DNA from: a virus
DNA: 64,000 bases
Virus record (IMG/VR): IMGVR_UViG_3300031857_000029
Direction: 5' to 3' (one strand)
This document shows positions 19,683 to 30,301 of this stretch, piece after piece. Positions within the stretch are counted from its first letter, which is position 1, and each line of letters starts with the position of its first letter. The notes under the pieces were generated by a model that saw only the letters and a program-made list of their open reading frames with translations, had not been told where the DNA came from and did no database searches. The position numbers and the translations under genes are program-made.

Positions 19683-21017
19683 ATGAATATAGAAACTAAA
19701 CCGTTATGTGTTGTTCGGGCACCATGCGCTACTCGTTCTGGATATGGAGATATGAGCCGTGACATCATTCGTCATATTATTGAATATGATAAGTTTGATG
19801 TTAAGGTTGTATCCGTAAATTGGGGTGAAACTCCAATGAACGCTTTGGATGAAAACAATCCAAAAGACAAGATGATATTGGACCGAATACTCACTGGTCC
19901 TCTTACGAGACAACCAGATTTGTTTGTGACTATCACAATCCCATCAGAGTTTGAAACGATTGGAAAGTATAATATTGGTATTACAGCTGGAATTGAAACT
20001 AGTATCGCATCTGCTCAATGGGTCGATGCATGTAACAGAATGGATGCGGTTTTCACTATCTCAGAACATTCAAAGAATGTATTCTTAGCATCTCAGTTTG
20101 GTCGTAGAGGCCCTAACGGAGAAGATTTGGGTACCCTTAAGCTTGAGAAGCCAGTCGAAGTATTACACAATTGCATTGACCAAGCTATCTTTAAGAAGCT
20201 CGAATACGAATCTGATGTTCAAAAGACGGTCAAAGAGGTATTAGCAGAAGTTCCAGAGAAGTTTTGCTATCTTTTTGTTGGTCACTGGTTGCGTGGAGAC
20301 TTTGGTGAAGATAGAAAGAATGTTGGTTTGTTGGTTCGTATATTCCTTGAAACCTTTAAGCAAACAAAGAGTTCTCCACCAGCATTAATTCTAAAGACCA
20401 GCGGTGGCAATTTCTCCATCTTGGATAAACGAGAAATTCTAAAGAAAATAAATGATATTCGTAATACTGTGCAATTGGAAGCAGGTCAAACCATGCCAAA
20501 TATTTATGTATTACATGGTGAGTTGACCGATAGTGAAATGAATTCATTATATAATCACCCAAAGATTAAAGCACACGTTTCGTTTACAAAGGGTGAAGGG
20601 TTTGGACGGCCATTACTTGAAGCATCGGTTAGTGGGAAGCCAGTGATTGCCTCGGGTTGGTCTGGTCATATGGATTTCTTGAACCCAGAAGAAGCTGTAT
20701 TGGTCGGTGGTGAGTTGGCACAGATACATCCAAGTTCTGTTTGGGATAATATTCTTATCAAGGAATCTTCCTGGTTCCGACCAGATATTCAACAGGCAGC
20801 CAATGCACTTGCTGGTGTATTTATGGATTATGAAACCTTCCGTAAGAGGTCTGCAAAGCTGGGTAAGGAGAATTTTAAGAAGTTCTCCTATAATGCAATA
20901 CAACAAAGAACGTGGGAACTTCTTGACAAGTATGTACCAGAGTTTCCAAAACAGGTTCCTATTAAGTTACCTACTTTAAAGAAGGTTGATTTACCTAAAC
21001 TTAAAAAGGTTGAATAA
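19683..21017 (+). CDS. GT4-family glycosyltransferase
   Basis: SGYG...DRKNVG...KGEGFGRPLLEA. Confidence 0.88.
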   Translation: MNIETKPLCVVRAPCATRSGYGDMSRDIIRHIIEYDKFDVKVVSVNWGETPMNALDENNPKDKMILDRILTGPLTRQPDLFVTITIPSEFETIGKYNIGITAGIETSIASAQWVDACNRMDAVFTISEHSKNVFLASQFGRRGPNGEDLGTLKLEKPVEVLHNCIDQAIFKKLEYESDVQKTVKEVLAEVPEKFCYLFVGHWLRGDFGEDRKNVGLLVRIFLETFKQTKSSPPALILKTSGGNFSILDKREILKKINDIRNTVQLEAGQTMPNIYVLHGELTDSEMNSLYNHPKIKAHVSFTKGEGFGRPLLEASVSGKPVIASGWSGHMDFLNPEEAVLVGGELAQIHPSSVWDNILIKESSWFRPDIQQAANALAGVFMDYETFRKRSAKLGKENFKKFSYNAIQQRTWELLDKYVPEFPKQVPIKLPTLKKVDLPKLKKVE

Positions 21018-21418
21018 TGCCTCTACGTAGTGAACGCCGATTTATTAGCCTAAGTAATGTAAAGTCTGGTATGATGATTCAGTTTAGCTATCAGAAAAAA
21101 TCTGGTGGTGCTGGGTCGTATACTGTGTTGGTTATAGACCCGAATCGTAAAAGTGAACGGGCAACAGAACCACAGTTACATGGATTTGTAATTGAAGAAC
21201 TTACCGATGCACAATTGATTGAATTTTTCGCTTCGTTCGGCACAAGTATTAATATGGACTATGACGACAGACGGGCAAGTGTAGTGGAGAATTTAAATAC
21301 AGACGAAGCTTATAAAACATTTTCAACATCACCGTATGTAAAGGGCCGTTCATATCGTACATTTAATCTGAGTGGAATGTCGCAGGTTCGTCAAATCTTA
21401 CTTGGCTCAGTAGACTAG
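21017..21418 (+). CDS. hypothetical protein
   Basis: Coupled ORF. Confidence 0.6.
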   Translation: MPLRSERRFISLSNVKSGMMIQFSYQKKSGGAGSYTVLVIDPNRKSERATEPQLHGFVIEELTDAQLIEFFASFGTSINMDYDDRRASVVENLNTDEAYKTFSTSPYVKGRSYRTFNLSGMSQVRQILLGSVD

Positions 21419-21420
21419 GA

Positions 21421-21705
21421 GTGAATATGTCAGAAGAAATTTGTCCACAAGAAGATTGTGTCCCTAAAGAGGACTTACCAAGTGCTATGGAAATGGCAAA
21501 GAATCTAATGCGTGACGGTACCAAAATTATCAAGAACGCAGTAGAAGGAAACAAGACTCTCGTTGAACAGTTTGTGAGAGACAACAGATGGTCTATTTGC
21601 AACGAATGTCCACGACTACAGAACGATAGATGCTTAGAATGTGGATGCTTTATGAAGGTTAAGGTAGCATTCCAAACTTCAGTATGTCCGTTAGGAAAGT
21701 GGTGA
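21421..21705 (+). CDS. Cys-rich DUF6171-like protein
   Basis: R..IC.ECP....RC.ECGCFM..K......CPLGKW. Confidence 0.7.
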   Translation: MNMSEEICPQEDCVPKEDLPSAMEMAKNLMRDGTKIIKNAVEGNKTLVEQFVRDNRWSICNECPRLQNDRCLECGCFMKVKVAFQTSVCPLGKW

Positions 21706-21706
21706 T

Positions 21707-22408
21707 ATGCCACCAAAAATAGTAAACTTACCGTATGGAGTATTTTCTGTTTTAGAGAATGCACATCACGACCATGTTCAACGAACTATCGCTTCTGGAA
21801 ATATATGGGAACCTGAGATAATCAGTTTGTGTGAGAAATATGTAATTCCAGGTTCAACCGTAGTCGATATTGGGGCAAATTTAGGTGCATTCGCTGTTAG
21901 ATTATCTCAGTTAGTGGGAAAGTCTGGAAAGGTTTTTTCTTTTGAGCCCCAAAGAATAATACATCAACAACTTTGTTGCAATATATTTTTAAACGATATC
22001 AGAAATGTATTTACTTATCAAATGGCTCTTGCTGAAAAAGAAAAGACTGTACATTTGACTCCAATAAATTATGATAATGGTGCTCCTGGAGAAGTAAGAA
22101 TACACGGAAATGAAGGCGAAGAAGTTATTTGCAAACCACTTGACTTTTACAACCTATCGAATGTATCTTTAATAAAGATTGATGCCGAACGGTATGAACC
22201 ATTTATATTTGACGGCGCACAGAATACTATAAAAAACAATCGTCCGGTGATATTGTTCGAACTAACAACATTACCATTACCAGATTATCCTACAAATTTT
22301 ATTTATAATATGTTACATGATATGAATTATAATGTATATCTGGTATCAGAAAAGTCGGGCGATTATTGTGCAATTCCTATAGAAAAAGATACAATACCAA
22401 ATGTCTAA
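21707..22408 (+). CDS. FkbM-family methyltransferase
   Basis: VDIGANLG, SFEPQ, IKIDAE. Confidence 0.88.
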   Translation: MPPKIVNLPYGVFSVLENAHHDHVQRTIASGNIWEPEIISLCEKYVIPGSTVVDIGANLGAFAVRLSQLVGKSGKVFSFEPQRIIHQQLCCNIFLNDIRNVFTYQMALAEKEKTVHLTPINYDNGAPGEVRIHGNEGEEVICKPLDFYNLSNVSLIKIDAERYEPFIFDGAQNTIKNNRPVILFELTTLPLPDYPTNFIYNMLHDMNYNVYLVSEKSGDYCAIPIEKDTIPNV

Positions 22409-23201
22409 CAAACCAAATCTATTAATAGGGGCAATAAGTGCAAACTATTCCCCAGCAGATATTGAAGGGTGGGTCACAACATCCAAGTGGGATAACTGCG
22501 AACAAGTATTACTTGTATACAATGTTACATCAAAAAACAACCCACTGTTGACCTATTTAAAACAGCACAATGTAACGGTATTACAGCCTGATTTTGATTT
22601 CTGGGGAAATCCTGAATCAGAATTTCAGCATCATACTGGACTTTGTAATTTAGAAACTTCTTACAACTTAATTCATAATCTCAGATTTTTTCATATTTGG
22701 AATTATCTGCAAAATCAAAATTATGAAAAGGTTTTGATTACAGATGTACGGGATGTATATTTTAATCATAATCCATTTGAACGCATTCCCGCAGATAAAC
22801 TAATAGCTACGAGTGAAGAAGTTCTCTATAAAAATCATCAATGGAACCAAACACATCTTCATTATAATTTAGGTGTGATTGGTATGTTTGTGTTACTGGA
22901 TGAACCAGTATACAATGTAGGCGTGTTTGGTGGTTCCGCGGAACTGGTCAAGAACATTTCGTCGGACATTTATTTACTGTCTATTGGTAAGCACAAAGTG
23001 GCAGACCAAACTTCGTTTAATTATTTGATTCAAACCAAATACAAACATATGACACGGTTCAGCGGTATCAATGATAAGTTTGCCGTACACTTGCATGTGG
23101 TCAACGAAGGACTAGTGCCGTTTGATTATAAGGTAGCAAATGAGTATGCGATTATTCATCAATACGATAGAATCACTAATTGGAATAGTTTAATTATATG
23201 A
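22401..23201 (+). CDS. putative GT-A glycosyltransferase
   Basis: LITDVRDVYF..NPF, DQTSFNYL, IIHQYDR. Confidence 0.7.
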   Translation: MSNKPNLLIGAISANYSPADIEGWVTTSKWDNCEQVLLVYNVTSKNNPLLTYLKQHNVTVLQPDFDFWGNPESEFQHHTGLCNLETSYNLIHNLRFFHIWNYLQNQNYEKVLITDVRDVYFNHNPFERIPADKLIATSEEVLYKNHQWNQTHLHYNLGVIGMFVLLDEPVYNVGVFGGSAELVKNISSDIYLLSIGKHKVADQTSFNYLIQTKYKHMTRFSGINDKFAVHLHVVNEGLVPFDYKVANEYAIIHQYDRITNWNSLII

Positions 23202-23881
23202 AAATATTATATAGAATTTCTGATGGGTCGTACAAGAAAGAAAGATTTCAACATGCCACCAAACAACATTGTGTTGAAAACTTCTTGACACATTTCCCAA
23301 CAGAAGAAGTGACCATTTATGCAGATAACGTTCGAGATGAAACACTCGAATGGATTACCGCATTAGGGTGCGAAACTATCCGTACAAATGGTGGAAGTAG
23401 CGCTGCAGGATTCCGTATCGTGATGGATGCCGCATTACAACTAGCCGATGATGAATCTGTATACTTTGTGGAAGATGACTACTTTCATTTACCAAACTCC
23501 AGAACAATATTGCTGGAAGGATTAGAGAGGTCACATTATGTTTCCTTATATGACCATAGAGACAAATATATTCCAGCCAGTATGGGTGGTAATCCTTTTA
23601 TTGATGACGATGCAGCAGAACTTACTAAAGTCTTTGTTACTAATTCAGTTCATTGGAAACTTACTAACAGTACAACAATGACCTTTGCAACAAAGGTATC
23701 TACATTGAAGGAAGATGCTGAGATTTGGAAGAAGTATACCTCAGGCACTTATCCACAAGACTTCAAGTGTTTCCTTGAATTACGGGAAAATGGTCGTACG
23801 CTTGCTACCCCACTTCCAGGCTACAGTACCCATTGTGAACCAATGTGGGCATCACCTTTAATTGATTGGGAATCCGTATGA
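23198..23881 (+). CDS. putative GT-A glycosyltransferase
   Basis: VYFVEDDYFH motif. Confidence 0.7.
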   Translation: MKILYRISDGSYKKERFQHATKQHCVENFLTHFPTEEVTIYADNVRDETLEWITALGCETIRTNGGSSAAGFRIVMDAALQLADDESVYFVEDDYFHLPNSRTILLEGLERSHYVSLYDHRDKYIPASMGGNPFIDDDAAELTKVFVTNSVHWKLTNSTTMTFATKVSTLKEDAEIWKKYTSGTYPQDFKCFLELRENGRTLATPLPGYSTHCEPMWASPLIDWESV

Positions 23882-24609
23882 AGTATTCTATTATTATTCC
23901 TTATCGCAACAGAGAAGAGCACTTACAAGTATTATTACCTACCTTACTTGAAAGGTTTTCTAATGAGTCATTTGAAATTATTGTATCAGAGCAAAATGAT
24001 ATCGACAATTTCAGAATTGCGTGTGTTCAGAACATAGCCTATAATTACGCAAAAGGTGACATATTAATATTTCACCAAGTAGACTATATTCCAAGTGACG
24101 ATGTTTCATATGAAGTTACGGATGTGCCGGTTCTTCCAGCTCGTCGTGGAATATTTTTAGGCAAGGACCATCAGTCACTAAGAGAGTTCAATGACATTCC
24201 TGCCGGATATCGTGAATGGTCGCGGGAAATAGACCCACGATTTTATGGTGGAGTTATTTGTATGTCCCGTTCCCACTTTGAAACTATTAATGGATTTAAC
24301 CCACTGTATCGTGGATGGGGCAATGAGGACGAAGATTTGCGTGAACGATTTGTGTGGGCTGGATTACCCGTACACCGCAACGAGGTAGGTACCTTCTACT
24401 GTCTACATCACGAAGATAACGGGGATATGCAAAATAAAGAACAAGAAATACAGAAAGACTTCTTTGAAGGACGTAAATATCTAATAGAGCAGGCGTATGA
24501 ACAACGACACATCGGGTATAAGAACCTTACCGCTGATGTACAGGAATCACAAACTGATATCCCGAATGTTCGTTGGTTGAAAAGTACTACCTATAAGGTG
24601 AGTGTATGA
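23878..24609 (+). CDS. GT7-like galactosyltransferase
   Basis: IIIPYRNREEHL, FHQVD, GGV...INGF...GWGNEDED. Confidence 0.85.
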   Translation: MKYSIIIPYRNREEHLQVLLPTLLERFSNESFEIIVSEQNDIDNFRIACVQNIAYNYAKGDILIFHQVDYIPSDDVSYEVTDVPVLPARRGIFLGKDHQSLREFNDIPAGYREWSREIDPRFYGGVICMSRSHFETINGFNPLYRGWGNEDEDLRERFVWAGLPVHRNEVGTFYCLHHEDNGDMQNKEQEIQKDFFEGRKYLIEQAYEQRHIGYKNLTADVQESQTDIPNVRWLKSTTYKVSV

Positions 24610-25496
24610 AGTCCTGTTTGATAGTATGTCACGGATATTTTGGTGACCACTTATTTGCAAATAGTATCGCTGAACATCTGATTGAAGAAGGTCAATTTGA
24701 TGCGGTCGATTATGTTATAGGGTTTCCACAGGTACTTCCATTCTTTGTACGAAACCCGTATGTACGAAATGTATTTATTGATGGAGTGGGCCCATCACCA
24801 AGAATCCCATCAAATGCGAATACTTATAATAAGGTGTTCCAACTAAGACCTATAACCAGAGTGATACCACCTGCCGTTGAAGTACAAGTCGCTTGCGGAG
24901 TTAACAACCCATCACCGAGATTTCATATAAACACAGATGAAGGAATAGATAAGTTTGTCCGTGATTATTATGGTGAAAAAACTGGATTGGTTGTTGGACT
25001 AATGAATGGGTGGAAAGAACGTTCGTTCCTCTTTACCAAAGAACAATACGACAGAGGAATTGATGTACCAAACCTTGGTTATGGTGGGGCACACAGAAAC
25101 ACTGATTGGATTATAGAGCAACTCGAATTAAAGTTTAATACTATACGAGTGGGAACTGAAAAGAATGTTAATCAGTTTGTGGTGCAGCACGAAGGACCGT
25201 CATTAGACCTCACCGCGTCTATCCTAAAGTATTGTGATGTATTTGTTGGTGCGGAAGGTGGGTTGGCCAATCTGGCGTACGCTGTAGGAACGGATACCAT
25301 CCTTACCTCCGACTTTGTACATCAATTGTATGGACCAAACGGAGTACTACAGAAGTTACCAGAACCAAAGTTGGGTCCAATATATTATGGTGGTAAGAAT
25401 ACGCACATAAACTTAGACCCATATCTTACCGATGAAGATGTGTTTTTACGAATAGTAGAATGTTTAGACAACAAGAGAATGGAGATTGAACAATGA
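24606..25496 (+). CDS. GT9-like glycosyltransferase
   Basis: GDHL, CDVFVGAEGGLANLAYAVG. Confidence 0.7.
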   Translation: MKSCLIVCHGYFGDHLFANSIAEHLIEEGQFDAVDYVIGFPQVLPFFVRNPYVRNVFIDGVGPSPRIPSNANTYNKVFQLRPITRVIPPAVEVQVACGVNNPSPRFHINTDEGIDKFVRDYYGEKTGLVVGLMNGWKERSFLFTKEQYDRGIDVPNLGYGGAHRNTDWIIEQLELKFNTIRVGTEKNVNQFVVQHEGPSLDLTASILKYCDVFVGAEGGLANLAYAVGTDTILTSDFVHQLYGPNGVLQKLPEPKLGPIYYGGKNTHINLDPYLTDEDVFLRIVECLDNKRMEIEQ

Positions 25497-26527
25497 AAGT
25501 GTTAATTACAGGGGTAGCTGGACTATTAGGGTCACGCCTTGCAGATTGGATTATTTACAACAAGCCCGGCACTGAGGTCATCGGGATTGATGATTTTAGT
25601 GGTGGGTACGAAAGTAACATACATCCAAATGTAACATTTTATAAAATGGATTTGGGTAAAGAGTCAGTTGACGCAATTTTTGAACGACACCAACCAGACA
25701 TTGTATATCACTTCGCTGCCTATGCAGCAGAAGCACTGTCTCCGTTCATTCGTCAGTTTAATTATACTAATAATTTAGTTAGCACTGCGGGTATCATTAA
25801 TGCCTGTATCAAATACTCTGTAAAGCGGTTGGTATTTACTTCCTCTATGGCGGTGTATGGAGATAATATCCCACCATTTGATGAAACAATGCCACGCAGT
25901 CCAGTTGACCCGTATGGTGTTGCAAAGATGGGTTGTGAAATTGATATTCAGATTGCAGGCGAACAGCATGGGTTAGATTGGTGTATCATCCGTCCTCACA
26001 ATGTATATGGTGCAAAACAAAACATTTGGGATTCCTATCGTAATGTGCTAGGTATCTGGATGTATAAGCATCTAACTGGACAACCGCTTACTATCTTTGG
26101 TGACGGTACACAAATGCGTGCCTTCAGTGATATGACCGATTGTCTCCAACCGCTTTGGAACGCAGGTACCAGTTTCGTCGCATCAAAAGAAATCATTAAT
26201 CTTGGTGGAATACACGAAACCAGTATCAACGAAGCAGCAGAAACATTAATTAAGGTTATGGGTGGTGGAGAAATTGTATATCTTCCACCCCGCCACGAAG
26301 TCAAATACGCATATCCAACATGGCAAAAGTCGGTAGACCTTCTTGGGTTTGAACACAGAACCAGTCTATTTGATGGGTTGACAAAGATGTGGAATTGGGT
26401 TAAACTACAACCTAGTAGACCACGACAAGTATGGGGAACATACGAATTAGAAAAAGGTATTTATCCATATTGGCAAAAGGAAACATTGATGGCGGAAGCT
26501 CCATCTACTCACCTATTAGAAAAGTAA
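25493..26527 (+). CDS. NAD-dependent epimerase/dehydratase
   Basis: ITGVAGLLGS, TSSMAVYG, YGVAK, RPHNVYG. Confidence 0.92.
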   Translation: MKVLITGVAGLLGSRLADWIIYNKPGTEVIGIDDFSGGYESNIHPNVTFYKMDLGKESVDAIFERHQPDIVYHFAAYAAEALSPFIRQFNYTNNLVSTAGIINACIKYSVKRLVFTSSMAVYGDNIPPFDETMPRSPVDPYGVAKMGCEIDIQIAGEQHGLDWCIIRPHNVYGAKQNIWDSYRNVLGIWMYKHLTGQPLTIFGDGTQMRAFSDMTDCLQPLWNAGTSFVASKEIINLGGIHETSINEAAETLIKVMGGGEIVYLPPRHEVKYAYPTWQKSVDLLGFEHRTSLFDGLTKMWNWVKLQPSRPRQVWGTYELEKGIYPYWQKETLMAEAPSTHLLEK

Positions 26528-26534
26528 TTATAAT

Positions 26535-27341
26535 ATGATAACGGTTATTGTCCCAAGTTATAGGAATCCAAAGTATCTTGACTTGTGTTTAAAATCTATT
26601 ACAGAAAATAAGGTATTAGATTCCACACAAGTTATTGCGGTTATTGATGGGTATGTAGCAGAAAACCAAGAGGTGATGAGTAAGTATCCTACTGTCGGGT
26701 TTCTTCCATTTGAAGATAATATGGGAATGCAATATGCCATCAACGCTGGCGTGATGCAAGCAGAGACAGAATACGTATTTGTAGTAAATGATGATAACGT
26801 ATTCCCTACGAGATGGGACGAGCGGCTGACGGACTCTATCAAAAAAATTAAGGATGAACAGTTTGTTATTACCGTCAACCAAGTAGAACCGACTGGGCCT
26901 GGGATGTTTAATTTTCCGGTAGTGGACCTGGGACAAAGCGTTGATACCTTCTTGTATGACCAGTTTTTGGATAATGAAACAAAATTAGCAAGCCAACAAA
27001 TCACCAGTGATGGTCATATTTTTCCATTCGTAATGAAGAAAAAGCATTTTATGGCTGTGGGTGGTTTCGATACATTCTATAATAGCCCTAACATCTGTGA
27101 TTGGGATTTCTTTTTAAAGTTAGAGCTACTGGACTTTGCGTTTCCACGAATACACTCGTTGCATTTATATCACTTTGGTTCAGTATCTACAAAGAAAAAT
27201 GCAGAGAGTGCAACATTCCGTGAAAAGGAACAAATAGCGATGGAACAATATATGTGGAAGTGGGGTACGCCACCATATAATCAAGCCAACATAAACAGTA
27301 AAGTTCCGCCAACTAAACAATTTCGAGGGTTTCGTGTATGA
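26535..27341 (+). CDS. GT2-family glycosyltransferase
   Basis: VIVPSY, VVNDD, VGGFD...DWDF, YHFGS. Confidence 0.88.
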   Translation: MITVIVPSYRNPKYLDLCLKSITENKVLDSTQVIAVIDGYVAENQEVMSKYPTVGFLPFEDNMGMQYAINAGVMQAETEYVFVVNDDNVFPTRWDERLTDSIKKIKDEQFVITVNQVEPTGPGMFNFPVVDLGQSVDTFLYDQFLDNETKLASQQITSDGHIFPFVMKKKHFMAVGGFDTFYNSPNICDWDFFLKLELLDFAFPRIHSLHLYHFGSVSTKKNAESATFREKEQIAMEQYMWKWGTPPYNQANINSKVPPTKQFRGFRV

Positions 27342-27688
27342 CATTTAAAAATCCAGAAGTCGTGAAACAGATAGAAGAACAATATCCAGAGATGATGGCT
27401 GAATACAAGAAAATTATATGGGAACAGTATGAAACATTCTGCTTAAAACAATCCAACTACGGTCCCGGCAATATATCTGTGGGCACCTCTCTAGCAACCC
27501 AAGAAGATATTAAGTTGTCGTTGACGGGACTCTGGTTCCGTATGAACGATAAGATTCAGCGATTAAAGCAGCTGGTCGTATTGGGTAAACAGGATAATGT
27601 AGGTGAGGCAGTGGAAGATACGTTCCAAGACCTGTCGGTATATGCGGTCATCTGCCAGTTGGTCAATCGCGGTAAGTGGGCAAAATAA
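27338..27688 (+). CDS. DUF1599 / nucleotide-modification-associated domain protein
   Basis: K..NYG..NI...RMNDKIQRL...EDTFQDLSVYA. Confidence 0.75.
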   Translation: MTFKNPEVVKQIEEQYPEMMAEYKKIIWEQYETFCLKQSNYGPGNISVGTSLATQEDIKLSLTGLWFRMNDKIQRLKQLVVLGKQDNVGEAVEDTFQDLSVYAVICQLVNRGKWAK

Positions 27689-27711
27689 CTTTATAACAGG
27701 AGTAACTAGTA

Positions 27712-27897
27712 ATGCCGAAGTGGAGCTTTAATGGGCGTATTGATGAAGAGGACTTTGAATTCGAGGATGATTTCAATGTAGACGAACAATACACAGGATT
27801 TCAGAAGATTGGACGCCGAAAAAAGGGTGAGGAAGAAGTCAAAGGTGGTAAGAAAAAGTCCAGTATAAAGCACCAGAAACGACCAGATAAGGAATAA
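27712..27897 (+). CDS. small hypothetical protein
   Basis: RBS AGGAG; acidic then basic halves. Confidence 0.55.
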   Translation: MPKWSFNGRIDEEDFEFEDDFNVDEQYTGFQKIGRRKKGEEEVKGGKKKSSIKHQKRPDKE

Positions 27898-27935
27898 ATA
27901 AACTATTTATAATAGTACCTTTCAGTGGATGTACT

Positions 27936-29501
27936 ATGAAAAAACTCTTGAAAGAACTATTTTCCTATATAAGAGAAGAGAGTCTTGCTTCAGCAGAAGC
28001 CAAGCGTCTAAAATTAAAATACATTGGGTTCAATCTTTGGGGCCCAGCAAAGGGACAGCCAGCCACCCACAAAACTGATAAAAAGACTGGTAAGTTAATT
28101 CCTATTGCCGCTAAAGAACCACCTAAGGCTGTGCAAAAGCCCCGTGGCCAACAGTCACCGGCCGTAAAATCAGCTAAACCAGCTACAAAACAACAACCTA
28201 GTAGTGTATCGGATGTTCCTCAAAGTTCTGTTATCCCTATGACAGACGCTCCAGGCAACACTCCTGCCGCTCCCATAGACCCGAAAGCTGCTAAATCAGA
28301 CCACACAAAGTTGGATAAGTTACGAAAAGATATGGATTCTATACCCTTTGACAGTGACGAACATAAGGGTAGAGCAACAACATTTATGAAATTGTGGCAA
28401 GCGTTCATCAGTGCCCCAACATACGAAGAGCAAGTAAAAGCAGTTGAGCAGTTAATCGAACAGAACCTGATTCAAGGAACCACAGGTCGTAGTAAAATTT
28501 ACATTCATCCAAATGTAGGGTTTGCTGCAAAGGGTATGTGTGGTGAAACCGGCACCTCCGTAACTAAATTGATGCAAAAAATTATTAAGGAACGCAAATT
28601 AGATTTAGAACCGCGTGATGGTTCTTCTGCTAGTGCTGCAGCCGCAGAAAGTGGTACTACTAATGAAGCCGGAGTTACCGCATTATTAGACCCAAGTGAT
28701 GCTAATAACAGTGCCTATGAAGAAAGAAAGCGTAGATATGCAGAAGTTGGTGGTGATGTAGATGAGATTGACCGACTCAACCGAGATGCAGCAGACGCAA
28801 TAAGAAGCTCTTTACCAAAAGGTGCTAAGATTACCAGTTGCTCTCAGGTTGGTGGTGTTGGTTCTACACGATTACAACAACTAGGAATAGACCCAAGAGT
28901 TGACCCCACTGATATATTACTAGAATATACAGTTAATGGTAAAAAACAAGTTATGAAAATCTCTGCTAAAATATATACCAATCCAAATAGAATTACCATG
29001 AAGAACGCAGGATTGGAAGATGCAGGAGACACCTATCTAGGTAAACCTGAAGGTGATGTGGTTGATAAATTGTATAAAGAATTGCGTGGAAAATATTCGT
29101 GGACTAAACCCGGTATGTCTGAAAAGGAAAAGAGTGATGCCAAGCGTCAGTTCAGACAAGAATACTTGACCAGGTACTCCGAAGAAATGGAAAAATTAGC
29201 ACAAACAGAAAAGGGTCAGCAGCGTTTGTTAGAGACTTGGCAAAAGGTTCATGGTTGTGGTAAAGATGTTCATACGCTAGTAGTTAATAAAGGAAGCGGT
29301 AAGTCTGAGTTAAAGAGTCCAGACCATTACTGTAATCCCACGTTACCATTCAAGGTAAAGTATAATGGTACAAAAGTGGTTATTGAGATGGATTCGGAAG
29401 GTCCTGAAACCCTTGAATTAAATTTAAAAACAGAATCTAATGGTAGTGTTAAGCTTCTTTTTAACCACATTGTTAAAAAAAGAAAACAAAAAGGTAAATA
29501 A
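27936..29501 (+). CDS. probable virion/internal protein with PD-(D/E)XK-like C-terminal domain
   Basis: N-terminal EES.A...AKRLKL.Y.GF..WG motif, Pro/Ala/Lys linker, NEAG...PTDIL...KISAK; TATTTATA upstream. Confidence 0.5.
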   Translation: MKKLLKELFSYIREESLASAEAKRLKLKYIGFNLWGPAKGQPATHKTDKKTGKLIPIAAKEPPKAVQKPRGQQSPAVKSAKPATKQQPSSVSDVPQSSVIPMTDAPGNTPAAPIDPKAAKSDHTKLDKLRKDMDSIPFDSDEHKGRATTFMKLWQAFISAPTYEEQVKAVEQLIEQNLIQGTTGRSKIYIHPNVGFAAKGMCGETGTSVTKLMQKIIKERKLDLEPRDGSSASAAAAESGTTNEAGVTALLDPSDANNSAYEERKRRYAEVGGDVDEIDRLNRDAADAIRSSLPKGAKITSCSQVGGVGSTRLQQLGIDPRVDPTDILLEYTVNGKKQVMKISAKIYTNPNRITMKNAGLEDAGDTYLGKPEGDVVDKLYKELRGKYSWTKPGMSEKEKSDAKRQFRQEYLTRYSEEMEKLAQTEKGQQRLLETWQKVHGCGKDVHTLVVNKGSGKSELKSPDHYCNPTLPFKVKYNGTKVVIEMDSEGPETLELNLKTESNGSVKLLFNHIVKKRKQKGK

Positions 29502-30298
29502 TGGAAATTAAAAAGTCTATAAAAGAAATCATTTGTATAGGTACTTCTTTTACAGAAGGAGATGGTCTTAACCCAAAAAATGATACTCACTTTGCGCCAA
29601 AGTGGTACCTTGATAATAAAAATATAAAAGTAAACATGACCGAGTATTGTTGGCCAACGTTACTCGGTAATCTATCTAATACAAAAACTATCAATCTAGG
29701 TAAATCAGGTTCTAGTATAGAATATCTTATACGCAATATAGAAGAAATATTAGAAACGAAAGATTGTAAGGATGTATTATTTATTTTAGAATACTCCAGT
29801 TGGGGAAGAAGTGAACTTTGGTGTACAGACTATAATCAATGGATTGTAGCAAACTGGGGACCGACTGGTGGAGTAGATGCAAAAACGTATGGATACTCCG
29901 TGATGCTTAGTACTGATTATAATTTTGGTCAGCAACTATCCCCTGAGTATCAATCAGTTTACCAATTATTCTTAAAGACGTTTTTCAACGAAAAAGAATA
30001 TCTCATTCAAAGAGATAGAAATTTCCTAAATTTATTATATAAATTAGAAACAGAAAATATAAGTTATCAAGTTATTATGTTAGAGAATCCATTCGTAGTA
30101 AATTTAAAAGAGCACAGATTATTTAATTACAAAGAAGTATTGCCTGACAATTTGTGGGGATTTGTGGACAAACACCAGTTAACTATTACACACGAAACTA
30201 ACGGTGTAGTTAAAAACGGTCATCCCTCTGTGTCAGGACACAAATACCTTGCCAATTTGTTTTACGATAAATTAACTAAAAAGTATTCATTTGGATAA
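29501..30298 (+). CDS. SGNH/GDSL-like hydrolase or acyltransferase
   Basis: GTSFTEG, NLGKSGSS, GHPS..GH. Confidence 0.7.
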   Translation: MEIKKSIKEIICIGTSFTEGDGLNPKNDTHFAPKWYLDNKNIKVNMTEYCWPTLLGNLSNTKTINLGKSGSSIEYLIRNIEEILETKDCKDVLFILEYSSWGRSELWCTDYNQWIVANWGPTGGVDAKTYGYSVMLSTDYNFGQQLSPEYQSVYQLFLKTFFNEKEYLIQRDRNFLNLLYKLETENISYQVIMLENPFVVNLKEHRLFNYKEVLPDNLWGFVDKHQLTITHETNGVVKNGHPSVSGHKYLANLFYDKLTKKYSFG

Positions 30299-30301
30299 GA
30301 A

